A DNA stretch of 64,000 nt from Oopsacas minuta (Eukaryota > Animalia > Porifera). Each line of letters starts with the position of its first letter. Within the stretch, counting starts at the first letter, position 1. Of the stretch, positions 37,786 to 50,373 are shown one piece after another. The notes beneath the pieces were generated by a model. The model was not told where the DNA came from. It saw only the letters and a program-made list of their open reading frames with translations, and did no database searches. The stretch is from positions 124,001 through 188,000 of the forward strand of contig JAKMXF010000329.1 of assembly GCA_024704765.1 (NCBI GenBank), written 5' to 3'. The translations under genes and the position numbers were made by a program.

Positions 37786-40700
37786 TTGTATATCGAATCC
37801 ACTTTCAATTCATACAAAGAGGTTGCGAGTTCACTTTCTGTTGCTCCTAGCGTTAGTGATTCTATTTGGGGCATTATTTGTAAAAAACTACATGGCCGCA
37901 ATAATCCGGCTCAACGAACATCTATTTATTCGAAATGGAAAAATAATTCACACAATATACGTGTGTTATTCGAGCGAATAATCGATCTATCAGTCTCGCC
38001 TCAGCCATTTATAGATTTCATACCGTGTAAATCGCTTTCTCTATGTCCATCACCTCCACAAAGTACAACCAAATCATTGATTGTGAGTTATAGTCTCGAC
38101 TCTTTCTCAATAGTGGATTTGCCATCTCTTCAAACTGCCACAATTTATCGAGATATTGTCCATTGCCTGGAATCTGCGTCTTCTTTTCATGATAATCATG
38201 AAGGAATATGTTGGGAGTCAATTGAACAGGATTTGCTAGATGATAGGCTAATGGTAATTTGGTCCTCAGCTGCATCAGACCCATCTCATTACTATGACTT
38301 GAGAGATGAGCAATACAGTATCGACCTTTGCGGATGTAATGATAGTAGTAGTTTAGTCGAATATTATTATTACAACAATCATCAGGCTCAGTTGTGGATT
38401 GATGGTTGTAAATTTACCGTTATCGGAGTCCAAATTCTTTACGAATGTTTTTGGGAATTTGAAAGCATTGAATTTGTACAGTGTAGTTCATTCGTAAATA
38501 ATTTTCCAAAAAGTTAGTATGAACATCAAGTCATTGAGCAGACAGCCATGTTGCTAATGTGGATAGTTCTACATAAATTGATTGTAAATCAACTATTTTG
38601 TTTGAGAATAAGTACTTGCTTCTGACCAAAGATCAGATGAGTTTATTTATTCATTGGGTAGTCAAATTGCGAGACCAGTTTTCCTGTATTGGTATTGAGG
38701 CATTTAAAGCTCTCTATACTAATTGCGTTAATGCTAGGATATGCGGAATAGAAATTTCCCCGGATTGTCACCAACCCCTGGCTCTGAAAAATACTCCTCA
38801 TCTTTGTGTTGATGAGGATTTTGAAGATGAAGATCCTATCAAATGCAACAATATTATGTCAAATACAGTTAATGACCAAATAGCGCCGTTATCTGATAAA
38901 TCTGATGTATTTCTTATGACACCAGAGTCAAACGTCAATGGAGAATTTCTTCTTGAGATTGGTGAATGGGATAGTATTCATTTTATCGATTTACAAGGTA
39001 GAGATATGTTGAATAGAGATTGGACAGCTGTGTTTAGCGATAAAATATCTAAAATATATCCAGCATGTGTTCTTAAATTTAACAATTATTGGTTTTAAAA
39101 GTCTTCTAGCCGAAAAATAAATGCGCCCTACTTTCGAGCATCTGCTGAATGCAAGTTTTATTATTGTTCCAAATTTGAGTTTTGTCTTGACGAGCTTGTA
39201 ACTACGAGACAATCACAATACAATATGTAGTAAGTGGTTCACTCTCCTAGCAACATTCTGATGGAGAGACTGTACTTGTACGTCATATATCTGGTAGTTT
39301 GCGAAAAATTTATGGAGAAAGTCTTCAGCACATATCTGTCACAAATATTTTTCATAAACAATTCAACTGTCAAAGTAGCTCAATGGAATATTGTAGAGGT
39401 AATTTTTCTAACCTGAGGTCTCAAGAATGCTTAAGACAGATAAAAACTGAAGCTATATCATTTAATAGATTTTCTAATGATCTAATTACAGATATTTCTA
39501 TCACTCAAGATTATTATCGTAACTTATTGAGTGAAAAGCCAATACCTGGTTACATTCAATATTTTGTTAAGGAACCCTTCATTATGCATCTATATATGAA
39601 GAGGCAGATAGAGGTGTTGAAATATTTAACTAAAGATATAGTTTTGCATTTTAATGCTACAGGTTCCATTATACGTAAACCTCAGTTTTTCACCAAATCT
39701 ATTTATTATTATTCTTTAACTCTACAACATCCCGACTACCACATTACACCTATCCCTGTAGCAGAAATGATAAGTTCGGACCAAGGAACTGCTGAGATAA
39801 CCCACTTCCTTAACAAATGGTACTTGAATTCAAAGTTAATTTTACACAAAGAAATATTCATAACAAGAGTGGAAATAGATTACAGTTGGGCATTGATTCA
39901 TAGCACATGTATCGCATTTAATAAAATTAATATTTTAGGGTATTTAGAGAGTTATTGGAGAAATGTAAATTCAGACGAAAGATCGGTTGATGTGGATGTC
40001 TTCACTGTAATTCATTTATGTTCTGCTTACGTAATGCATAAGTTGAGTCAGAACTTGTCAAAAACATTCAAAATCGATAAAACTCTAAAACAACTAATCC
40101 TGCATGTCTTTGCTGCAATTTTGAGAAGTATTACGATGAGAGAAATAAATCGACTTTACATATTACTGTGTAATGTTTTATCTGTTGTGCATTCTACCAA
40201 AATTGTCAGTTCAAGTTTAGTAGAGTTAAACGATTTAGTGAAGGGTAAAATAGAATTACAATTAGAAAACGAAGGAAATTTTGAACTTGATACTGATACG
40301 AAAGAGAATCCTACCACTTATCCTTGTAAATCACCATTTGGTAGACATTTCGATACTCTGAGAAAAAATAATTGCACAGATCATGTAATTCACAAAGGCA
40401 ACGATCAAATCCATGTTATTCTCTAGAAGTTTTAGAATATCTGCTGACATATTATATGCCAATTCAACCTCTTTGGACTGGAATTATACTGTCTAGGAGC
40501 AATGAAAACCTGTGTAAGGTTAGTAATGCAAATGCAGAAAATTGGTTCAGAGTCAAACATCCAATTTTAGAAAAGAAGGTAAACCTAAGAGCTGGCGATT
40601 TTATACGTACAATGTATGAATATGTGAATGACAGAATTGATGCATTTAATTTTGGATTTCATCCTTTGGCTACCAACATATTTAAAAGTAGGAAAAGGAA

Positions 40701-41591
40701 ATTAGAAATACAAAATGAAGAAAATTCCAAAAAAAAATGGTGTCGCAGAAGTAAATGCCAACAGAGTTACTTCAATCCTAATCTAAGTAGGGTAGGTAAA
40801 GTTTTTGAAGCAATAAATGTAAATAAAACGGGAGGGAAAGCTAATAATAAGAGAAAAAATTCTGATTTTGTAATTCCACACAAAAAAAGGAATATTGACA
40901 AAGATTCTGTAAGAAACACGGGCCCAGATGTTGTCCTCTCAGTTAATAACGTTGAAATTATAACAGATTTGGATCTAATAGAATTGTGCACTTTAAATAA
41001 TGATCTTCCAAGTTATAATCCCATCTCCCACACAGGAAAGTTAGATATTTGTAACACGTTACTTAATGTCAGGGTAAGTCTAGGAATAAATAATGTTAAT
41101 AGTCAAATGAACAGGCCGTTGAATTATTATATACCTAACAGAACTCAGTATATTCCTGGAGATGGGAACTGCTTATTTTCTTCCTTAGCATATTCCGTGT
41201 CAGGTTCGCCAGATAATTCTCATAAAATACGTAAATGCATTGTAGACAGTATGTCAAGTTCGCTAAAAGAAAAATGTGCAAAATTTATTACTAACAAATA
41301 CCCAAATACTTATAGGAACACAGTAGATTATATCAATAAACAAACATCAAAGGCAATGGAGTATGGGGTGGAGATTTGGAACTATTTACAGCAGCGCTTC
41401 TACTTAAGACTGACATATGGGTGTTTATGAAAGAGACTGGAAATAGTTGGAATGTATTCTCCGGCAAAGGTTCTTCATTTGATGAGGTATTGAATTCGCC
41501 TTCCGCTAATGCTAATGGATCAATATATATTGTACATACAGGTAATCACTATGAACCTGTTTTAGAAATTTTAGACAAGATTATAGTATAA
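37786..41591 (+). pseudogene. Large NOF-like MULE transposase gene with a C-terminal OTU cysteine protease domain, broken by stops and frameshifts
   Basis: The core has LHFNATGS, PVAEMISSDQ...FLNKW, VEIDYSWALI and IHLCSAYVMHK. The OTU domain has PGDGNCLFSSL, WGGDLELFTAA (after a frameshift near 41340) and GNHYEPV. Confidence 0.8.
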
Positions 41592-41887
41592 TAGAGGTCT
41601 AGTAATAGAAATTCTAAATTATCAGATTATATGTTAAAGGGTATGTAACCCAATTACTATTGCATTGTATAATTTACGCGTTCTTATATATTGTTTTTGA
41701 TGAAATTGAACCTACACTCAACTGCCGTTATATCAAACTTAAATGGGCCAATTTGTGTTCCTTCTCTTATACCGGATTTTATTTAGTGGATAATTGAATA
41801 AAGTGAAGGCTTTGAAGGAAATCGCTTATATCACTTTGATATAAGCGATAAATGTATTTTTGGTTATAAGAACATCGTCTGGAACTA

Positions 41888-42052
41888 CAGTAGACTACGC
41901 TTAATAGAGCCACCGTTAAATCGGGTCACTTGGCCAGAAACAGAACCATACAAATAGTGTAAATTATTGGTTAATCGGGCCAACACCGTTATTCCGCTTA
42001 ATCGGGTCAAAATGGCCAGGTACCAATGTGATCTTATTAAGCGGAGTCTACT
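41888..42052. mobile_element. pogo/Tigger-type MITE nested in the MULE
   Basis: TA-CAGTAGACTACGCTTAATAG ... CTTATTAAGCGGAGTCTACT-TA. Confidence 0.8.
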
Positions 42053-45000
42053 TATATTAACAGAGGCGCCAAGTTTGGGTACCCTGGGGGTTTCTGAAGT
42101 CTCTGGACTCCCCAGGCTTTGAGGTAGAGACTGTATTCATGTGAAATTTACTTGTAGGTACCAGCAATTTCATATGGTAACCTCCCAGGTTTGATTTTGT
42201 TTTCTAAAAATGGGTGCCAATGTCTGTATATGATGTTCACATAACTTGCATGTATTCATAACTGTAGCTCTTATATCAAGTCTAGAGGAACGTATTTTGA
42301 AGTTTGATATAATAGGAGTTGGTTGTGTTCTATTGTACGTATATTTGAAATTCTTGGAGGGCGTAGTAGGTGTAGATACAGTCTTGCTTCTAGGGCAACA
42401 ACAAACCACCCACTTGTATAATCTCTAATTAAAACCCGGTGTATTTGAGGCCCTGGACTACTTATATATATTAATTAAGTAGATTCAGGCGAACTCCTGC
42501 TGTCCTACCCCTCATTTATGTATTTGTATATTTGATTCCTTAAATATAGCTTAGCTATAATACAGTTTTTCGTAATAATACAAAAACCCCATGTCAACAG
42601 AATAACGATGAAATTGTTGGAAAGTAAATTGGAGGGCGCTCCTTTAATGCTCTGCAACACAGCGTATCTCTGAAGAATAATGTTACGCCCTACGAGCAAT
42701 GAACATTGAAAGGGACAAGTAAGAATGATAGAAATAGACTTTGATGACAGTAAAAGTGAAGGTAATATGATCTAACCTAGAATATATATGTGAGTCATTA
42801 TAGCTTCAAACTTCTGCTGCCTACTTGAGAGGTACATAACTAAATACATCAACTCAACTCGTAACACAACAAATCAAGACTATGCAAGGATCATATAATC
42901 TTATAATCTGATGTATTCTGTGAATTTTCATCAATGTTTTCGTATTTATTGAACTAAATATCAATTCACCAATAAATAAAACTATAATTAGATTCACAAA
43001 TCATTTCGTATTACATTAAAAAGTTGATATTGCAGTAATCTATATGCGTTACTATAGTTAGAATGGATTAGAATGTTTCATTAAATTTGTGTGCTTAGTA
43101 CAAATCTAATAGAGACTCGATTCTAACAAGCCAGTTTTCAAATGTAAATATCTCAAAAGTTTTGCTTATTTTACCATAATATTTTAAACACATAAACGTC
43201 CATATAGCACGAATACATGCCCCATGATTTCAGGAAAAAATAATTTGTTTAAGTATACTAAATTCATATGTGAACTACTGCTGGTTAGATACACCAATTT
43301 CTATTAGAAAAATTAAAGTTTATAAAAGATAAATTTATTATCAGAAACATCCGTATCTCTTCTTTCGAATGGCCTAAAAATATTTACATTCTGACTATGG
43401 GAAGCTGGTCAAATTAATGGTTGAAGTACTGCTGGTCGAATATTCAGCCAACTTCACACTCGTCTTTTTGTGGGTGTATCTGCACTCTGCATACAAATTT
43501 CTAGTAATGAGCCATTTCATGCTACTGTGCATAGATCCTCATCTATAACTTATTGCCCACCATATTATACTTGTGCCACCCACAGATTTCAAAGCCTCAC
43601 GATGTCACTACCCAGCTGTAGGGTTATACCCAATTAGAATTTATAGAACCACCCCTGAGCATGCCTCCTGCCGAACCCGTGGAAACACCTTTCCTTGTCC
43701 TGCCCCCCAATGATATTTTCTTTGCATCCCTAGGTGAAAATCCTGGCAACGTCCCTGTCTGGACTGTTCCTTATTAACGAGCTAACTGTCTGGCCCGAAT
43801 TTAATACTGATCCAATATACAAATTTATAGCCGCATACTTACTAGCAGTCCCACATTTTTGGACATGTGTTGACTGTTGGGCTATTGTCTCTCCCAAACT
43901 TGCAAAAATTTAAGGTGGCTGAAGACTCACCCAGTTCTGTCCAGACCTGCCCAATATTTTGAAGGCACCCCTGGACCGGTCCGGACTCTCTAGAAAAATA
44001 CATTATGGTTCGTCCGGTCCATGAAATTTCTTCACCGCTGCACCACTTGGTATTACTTCATCAGAAATAAAATTAAGACAAATTATTTCGATATGAAGCC
44101 CTTCAGTATTCAAACTGTGAATGTTGCAAAATTTTGATGGAGCCATTTGGCCGAAAAATATACAAAATCTATTCTAATGGTCCCTCCTTATACATTGTTA
44201 TAAGAATATGAAGACTTGCAATATTGAAAAATTTAGCGAGAAGTTGGCATGTACTAAAGTTTTAATAAGACCAAATTAAATTGATGTCATGAATTGGTGT
44301 TCATATTTCGGTTTCTGGCTAGCAAATAAAAATTCTGCCTCGATAACTGAACCCTAACTAAGTCATACAAGTATAACAAAAAGTACACAGATCATGATCA
44401 TAGAAGTACACCGATCATGGTCGTAAAAAGTTAACAAGACGTGCATATCGGTACTACGATTAACTGTAAAACCACATCAATTCTTTTGAATGACAACAAT
44501 TTGGTTTCTTTAGTATGGACAATCTAGTCCAGGCAAATATTTGTAGTTACACATAGTTAAACAGTATATATACACCTAAATACTATTCGAGAATATTCAA
44601 TCTTCTTTCATTAATACAATATATTATCTTCCATCCAGATTGATGAAGATCAACAATTACTTCCCATTTCCCAGGCATTGCGTATATATTTTATCTATAG
44701 CTAACAGAAAAGCCCTATTACAGTATTTACAACTTGGTCTCCCATTCACTGCATTCCAAAATCTCCTCCAGTCTCTTGGTATAGGTCCTCTTGAAAATTA
44801 TATCATGGCAGGAAGTATCGTGATGATTACAATGTTCTTGTTAGAGACAGTCGCATTAGTGATTTTATTAAGTACTTCACTGGAAATGAGCCGATATCTG
44901 GAATATTTCAATTTGCTCTACTAGGCCAAGAAGAACTCGTTTCTGTAGTGAAGCTATCGAGAGGAATTTTCGCTCAAGAAAACTTATTTTAGGAATTTTA

Positions 45001-45139
45001 AATACATACACTTGAAAAGCTATTCATTTCCTTTAATTGTAAAAAGGAAACAGCCAATCAGTGACAAGTGTTGATATCTTTGCATCCTAAAATATTTGCT
45101 GTGCTAGTTGGGTTATGGAACGACTTGAAGCCTTGTATT

Positions 45140-48100
45140 CACAGTGTGGCAAAATGGCCATAATGGGGAAATAGGTAAATGAATCTGTATTATCGCCACA
45201 ATTATACTTACATATACTAAATCGACACTGTAGATTTCAAAAATACCAATGATTATTTAGTAGCACGACTATAAACCTAGTTATGACGTAATTACTGACA
45301 TTTTCTAATTTTTAACACTTGTGGTTCATTAGTGAGGATATTATGAAAGTTGATAATACATGCATGCCATGGTCTCTATTCTGCTATTTGATAACGTACA
45401 ATATAAAGACCCTGAATTATGTATGACTATTGAGTATACTTATTATCATAAATCATCTGATAGTATACTATTATATAATATCTCTTGGAGGCTATTTGCA
45501 AAGTCTCTTTTCTTCTTTGCGTGCATCAAACGATTCTGTACTAAGATGGGGTCACTACAACATAACAACCTGACTAAAATATCTCTAACATTATCTGTGA
45601 AAGAAGTTTTTCTTGCAAGATTCTCCCGATACCGCCTTACAAATTTATTGCAGGATTCTAAACATTCCTCAGAGAGATTCTGTAATCCCTTACCATTATT
45701 GTAAGCACCTATTAACTGAAACGAATGGGCAAGTAACTTGTGCAAAGATAGAGTGATGCTTGCCCATGGGTACTCAACTAGAATAAATTCGTACGTTTCT
45801 TTGCACAATTCTTGCATTTTGTCACAGTTAATCAAGTCACCACTGTTGAGGAGTCTTAACAAAACAGATAGATTTGTCTGGATCTTCTCTAATGATATTT
45901 TATCTGAAGGATTAATGGAAGAAGTGGGCCACGTCAAAAAGTCTCTCTTATTTAAAAAGCAGTCTCGCGCAATGTTACCAGTGGTTGAAGTGCCGCTCTG
46001 GCTTGAAGGGATATCGACACTGAAATTACATCTTTCCTGGAGTATAGCTCGAACCCGTTTCATGGATGAATTTACTTTCGAGTTTGATGGCGCCCATACC
46101 TTGTGTCCTGTATCAAGATCGTATATCAACAGCATGAACCACCTGAATACACAAAGGTAAGCATGCAAAGGAGACGCAGCTATAATATCGATGTTAGAAG
46201 TTGGTTGATGCGTAATACCAACACGTTGATTTGATGGGAGTTTCAAGTAATCTTCTTCATCAACCACTTCAAAAAGTTGCCGAGCGTCGCTAATTAATCT
46301 GTTAATAGGGAAACCAGAATGGGCCCATTCTAAACTTTTAATTTGGCTATCCGTTGCAGTACACAGATGACAAGAAGCCCCACCAGCTCCATCCAGCAAT
46401 CCTGCCATCTTGGTATCAAAAAGGGAACGGACTATCTCGACCTGTGCATGGCCTCCAATAAGAGATAACCCATCCTGTATGATATGGTCTGTTTGAGGAT
46501 TGACTATTGTATTCATGATAAACTTTACACTAGAATAATCTTCTTTCAAAGCTATCAGTGCTACTGGCCTGAAGCAAAACGGAGAGTTGGGTGAGCTGTT
46601 ATAGAACACGTCATTTCCAAGTGTGTCTGTAATTGATATTACTTTGAATCCGAACAAAATGAAAGTTTTTGTGCTTAATACAGAATTGTTGCTTTGTTGG
46701 TTATAGGTTTGATGACAACCGGAGCCATCCAATCCATCAGATATCTTAATTTTGAGTGGGTTGTGTGAATCAGGAACTGGGTCTAATGTTGAAAGCAAGC
46801 GTTGAATGGTCAGACTAAGGATGGAATGATAAGAGACGCAAGTCGCAATTGACAATGCTTCGGGGTCTCTAACTATTTCCATTTCATTTATTAGGCTTAT
46901 TTCCCTACGATATTGCGAGACAAGCTTATAGGAAGGAAGCTTAACATCACCTTTGAGAATTCTTTTCAGATTCGTGTATTTACTCGCCCCAATTTCTAAG
47001 CTGTCCAATATATAAGCACATTTAGAGATTTGTACTTTGTTCAATACACCGCTAAAAGATCCCTTATCAATTATTTCTCTGCACATGTCTGAAGTATCAC
47101 GGTCATAGGATTTATTTGAGACTAATTCTAAAGCTAGAGCGAGTAGTTGTTTAGGCTCAATCTTTTCTCTCTCTGCTAAAAAGTCCACATGCTCCAAAAG
47201 AACACCAAGTCTCGATCTGGAAGTCTTCATGCGACATTCGAGAGTATCATTCCGGGATTCAGTTACAATCTGTTCTGAAAAGTTTCGATTTTCAGAATCA
47301 GTGACTAAAGAAAATTCAGGATCAAGCGATATTCTCTTTCTTGGATTGGATATTGTTAGATGAGTAGAGTGGAAAATCATATTATCCCATGTTTCAAGAT
47401 CCTTCCTGCGGTAAGCCTCTCTGGATGTTAGAAGTGATTTAAATTTTAAATGGAGAGTAGCAGTTTCTTCTTCGGATAAATGGTTGTTCTCAATAAGTTT
47501 CCTAACAGAGACTGTAACACTTCTTCCATTCGAAATATACAAATTATATGCCTCATTGTTCGTGATTAGTACAGACATGATCCGCAAAAGGGCTACTTTA
47601 ACATAGAAACATTATGATATATGATTGTAGAGTATTGGAATAACTAATAACCAGCAAAATATAGAATTTTACTGAAAAAATTTAAAACGTATGAAAAATA
47701 TATTTTTCGGATTTTGTCCGGTCCGGACAATAAATGACGTGATAAATTTTTGGGCAGCTTTTGGCAAGCCTGGAAAGTGATTAAATAATTGACTAAATAT
47801 AGTAACATTACGTATATATTAATAACGTTTTGTCAAATTTTGTCAAACAAGAGATGCTACACTTCAATCAATAAAAAAAATTCCAAATTATAACTTTGGG
47901 AGGGCCAAACTAGACACCCGGAAAAAAGTACAAATGAATATCTAGACTAACCTATCAATGATTAAATTGTTGTTACAATATAGATTTATTATCAGAAGAT
48001 GTTTTTCAGTCTTATATTTAGTATTTACATCAAATATGATTACATACATTAGGACATGAGAATTTGCGGTTTGAAAATATATATTTCTATTATTAGAAAC

Positions 48101-48249
48101 ACATAACAAAGTTGTGCGTAGTTAGGATTCCTAACTGCTTCTAATGCTGCCAATGATATTTTCGTACTAATTGAACTATGGAGAATTCGAAAAATGCATT
48201 GAAATATGTTTTTTCAAATATGCCTATTTCCCCATATTGCCACACTGTG
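45140..48249 (-). mobile_element. Intact Transib transposon, copy 2 (inverted relative to copy 1)
   Basis: Same termini as copy 1, perfect 5-bp TSD GTATT (45135-45139 and 48250-48254), length 3110 bp. Confidence 0.96.
45446..47578 (-). CDS. Transib transposase, copy 2 (710 aa)
   Basis: Open frame with 21 amino-acid differences from copy 1 by manual count (about 97% identity). DDE and Zn ligands are retained. Confidence 0.95.
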   Translation of the reverse strand: MSVLITNNEAYNLYISNGRSVTVSVRKLIENNHLSEEETATLHLKFKSLLTSREAYRRKDLETWDNMIFHSTHLTISNPRKRISLDPEFSLVTDSENRNFSEQIVTESRNDTLECRMKTSRSRLGVLLEHVDFLAEREKIEPKQLLALALELVSNKSYDRDTSDMCREIIDKGSFSGVLNKVQISKCAYILDSLEIGASKYTNLKRILKGDVKLPSYKLVSQYRREISLINEMEIVRDPEALSIATCVSYHSILSLTIQRLLSTLDPVPDSHNPLKIKISDGLDGSGCHQTYNQQSNNSVLSTKTFILFGFKVISITDTLGNDVFYNSSPNSPFCFRPVALIALKEDYSSVKFIMNTIVNPQTDHIIQDGLSLIGGHAQVEIVRSLFDTKMAGLLDGAGGASCHLCTATDSQIKSLEWAHSGFPINRLISDARQLFEVVDEEDYLKLPSNQRVGITHQPTSNIDIIAASPLHAYLCVFRWFMLLIYDLDTGHKVWAPSNSKVNSSMKRVRAILQERCNFSVDIPSSQSGTSTTGNIARDCFLNKRDFLTWPTSSINPSDKISLEKIQTNLSVLLRLLNSGDLINCDKMQELCKETYEFILVEYPWASITLSLHKLLAHSFQLIGAYNNGKGLQNLSEECLESCNKFVRRYRENLARKTSFTDNVRDILVRLLCCSDPILVQNRLMHAKKKRDFANSLQEILYNSILSDDL

Positions 48250-48429
48250 GTATTCCACACTAACTAGAAAATTTTACCCTTCAAACAAATAGAATTACTA
48301 AATTTCTCATATTATTTCCCTGGATTCGATATACAATACAAGTAAGTTTTTCAATGTGTAATATGATACCCTAGAATGTATCTATTATTGACATGTATAG
48401 ATTACCGATATATGTAGAGGACAATATTT

Positions 48430-48860
48430 CAGTAAACAAGGATGGCTCTTCAAAGAAATTCTCTACACATCACTCACTATGACCTGGCCTGATAATGATG
48501 TTTTTCTAACACAAGGTTTCTATGGCTATCAGATATTGAGATCGAAGGAATCTACCCTATCAATCCTTCACCTCTTCCTGACACACTTTATGGCCCAACC
48601 TCGGATTATTAGATATGACAACACCTGTAACCCCCATAGAAAGTGCACCATCAGGTATTTACTGATTTCCTAGCAGATACTTTAATGTATTAATGGATAT
48701 AATTTTCTAGAGATATGGTAGCTTTGAAGATACAAGTTATCTGGTTGAGAGATTTCACTCGTGCTATCATCGATGTTCTCCATTATACTCAATGCGACGC
48801 ATTCACGTGGATGAACAAAATCGTAAAACTCACACGCATGTGAATGATTATTTTCAATAG
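48430..48860 (+). pseudogene. KDZ (Kyakuja-Dileera-Zisupton)-like transposase fragment
   Basis: GFYGYQILRSKES...FLTHF..QPRIIRYDNTCN.H..C and YLVERFHSCYHRCS resemble the YDNAC and DRFH...H..C motifs of KDZ-type transposases. Confidence 0.6.
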
Positions 48861-49239
48861 TCAGAAGGATCTGAACTCAAATTGTCTACATGCGATTGGA
48901 AAATCTATTCTATACTATGCGATAATTCCTATCGATTATCAATACAGACATCAACAAATTACAGTAACAGAAAGAGAAATATTTATATAATGTCGTTGCT
49001 TGTAGGAGATAATAAACATATTGAGTACGCTAAAACGAAATGGAGGGACTTTAAGAAATAGGAAATTTCAAGCACAATTTGAAACAAAATTCAAATAGGT
49101 TGTTTTTATATAATGTAATGAGTATTGTATTCATGTTAACTCGAACATTCGTTATCTCGATTGAGATCATTATCTGTTTCCAACTAAGCTAAATCTGATT
49201 GAGGTCCACATTGGAAACAGGAAATTCGTCGGTCCCTTT

Positions 49240-50115
49240 CTGACATCCTTATATCCCAAACAGGAATTGTGATGTTTCTCGGTGCAAGAAGAACAGGCTA
49301 TGGTCTTATTGATACGTATTCAGGGAGTCTGCATACACAGATTAATGCGATCAAGAAGAAGGATAGCTCTACGTTGGACGAGAGTTTCACCGGAATGCTT
49401 GGAAATGGTGTCAAGTTTCCAGTTTCTAAGCAATCTCTAAGGTGCTTCCGCATACGGTTTTGACGCCACCTAACCTTAGCTGGATTTCCAGCTTAAGCTA
49501 AAAAGAGGCACACAGCAGCTGCAAATAGGCTACAATCCGAGCCTCCTTGTTGTTGTTGAATTGGTACTTGTTGCAGTTCAAGATCTTCGGGGGCCTCCCT
49601 TCTAGAGTGACGCTAGTTGTACTTTAGTTCCTTCCGTACTGTTCCGAAATACATTGAGTCTTGCATGTAAACTACCCTATTTACGTCTATCCCCGATGCA
49701 ATCCAGTGTAGTGCTCCATCGTATTGTGTTTGGATACTACCCGGAATGGCTGGTACAAAATGTCACTCCTATTACTGATAGTAGATCATAAGACTAGTAA
49801 ATCACTCAAAATATGTTTCTACTTGACTTCGAATTGTACCTTGCATCCCTTTGATGTGTGCAAATTGGTTCAGTAATAGCGCCTAAAGGTAATTAGTATT
49901 GAAAAATGTACATTAGCAAATATATGAATTTTCAAACTCACACTGAATTCATTCATAGTAATGTCTGTCAGAAATATACTGTTATGACTAAGTTCATGGA
50001 GAGCGATTTGCATATTTCCCTTAGATATAATTCTCTGGGGGAAAATATTATCTACAACTTTGTCTACTCTAGTAGGAATGTCTAACTCGGTACTTAAGGT
50101 GAGTGTAAAGAGCAT
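49240..50115 (-). pseudogene. Ulp1-like cysteine protease followed by a PHD-like finger, degraded
   Basis: Manual translation gives IQTQYDGALHWIASG...VYMQDSMY, QQQQGGSDCSLFAAA...MRKHLRDCLETGNLTPFP and ICVCRLPE. Confidence 0.7.
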
Positions 50116-50373
50116 TCGGGTTGCTGGATATGATTGAAGCTACAAAATTTGAATAAGAGATTAATGTTTGAACAATACAAAGTGTGAGGTGGATTTCAAT
50201 ACTACTAACTGCATGCAAAGCCACACACAATATATTAAGTTTATCATACAACTTTTTCTTGATAATTGAGTAGGCAGATGGTATGTATTTGTATTTATAT
50301 TGATTTTGCCTTCAAACAAATCACACATAATTCACTATAGTTTTGCATCATTTAAGGTAGAACCTTGCTAATA

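Larger units (their letters stand above)
36494..43463 (+). mobile_element. MULE-superfamily element (NOF/Foldback-like), 6970 bp
   Basis: TIRs of about 450 bp (36494-36943 and 43015-43463, near-identical) and a perfect 9-bp TSD CTTTTTGTG (36485-36493 and 43464-43472). Confidence 0.92.
34487..43529 (+). mobile_element. Transib element, subfamily C, internally deleted and split by the MULE insertion
   Basis: The 3' end reads CACAGTAGCATGAAATGG... (reverse complement of the sequence ending at 43529) and matches the other long ends. The 5' end candidate is CACGGTGGCACGG at 34487; flanks GATAC/CATAG match only 3/5, so the left boundary is uncertain. Confidence 0.6.

Noticed and set aside
49240-49345. 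PHD-like finger near Transib copy 2 as a RAG2 PHD
   Set aside because: It lies outside the TSD-defined element and follows a Ulp1-like domain rather than a kelch propeller.
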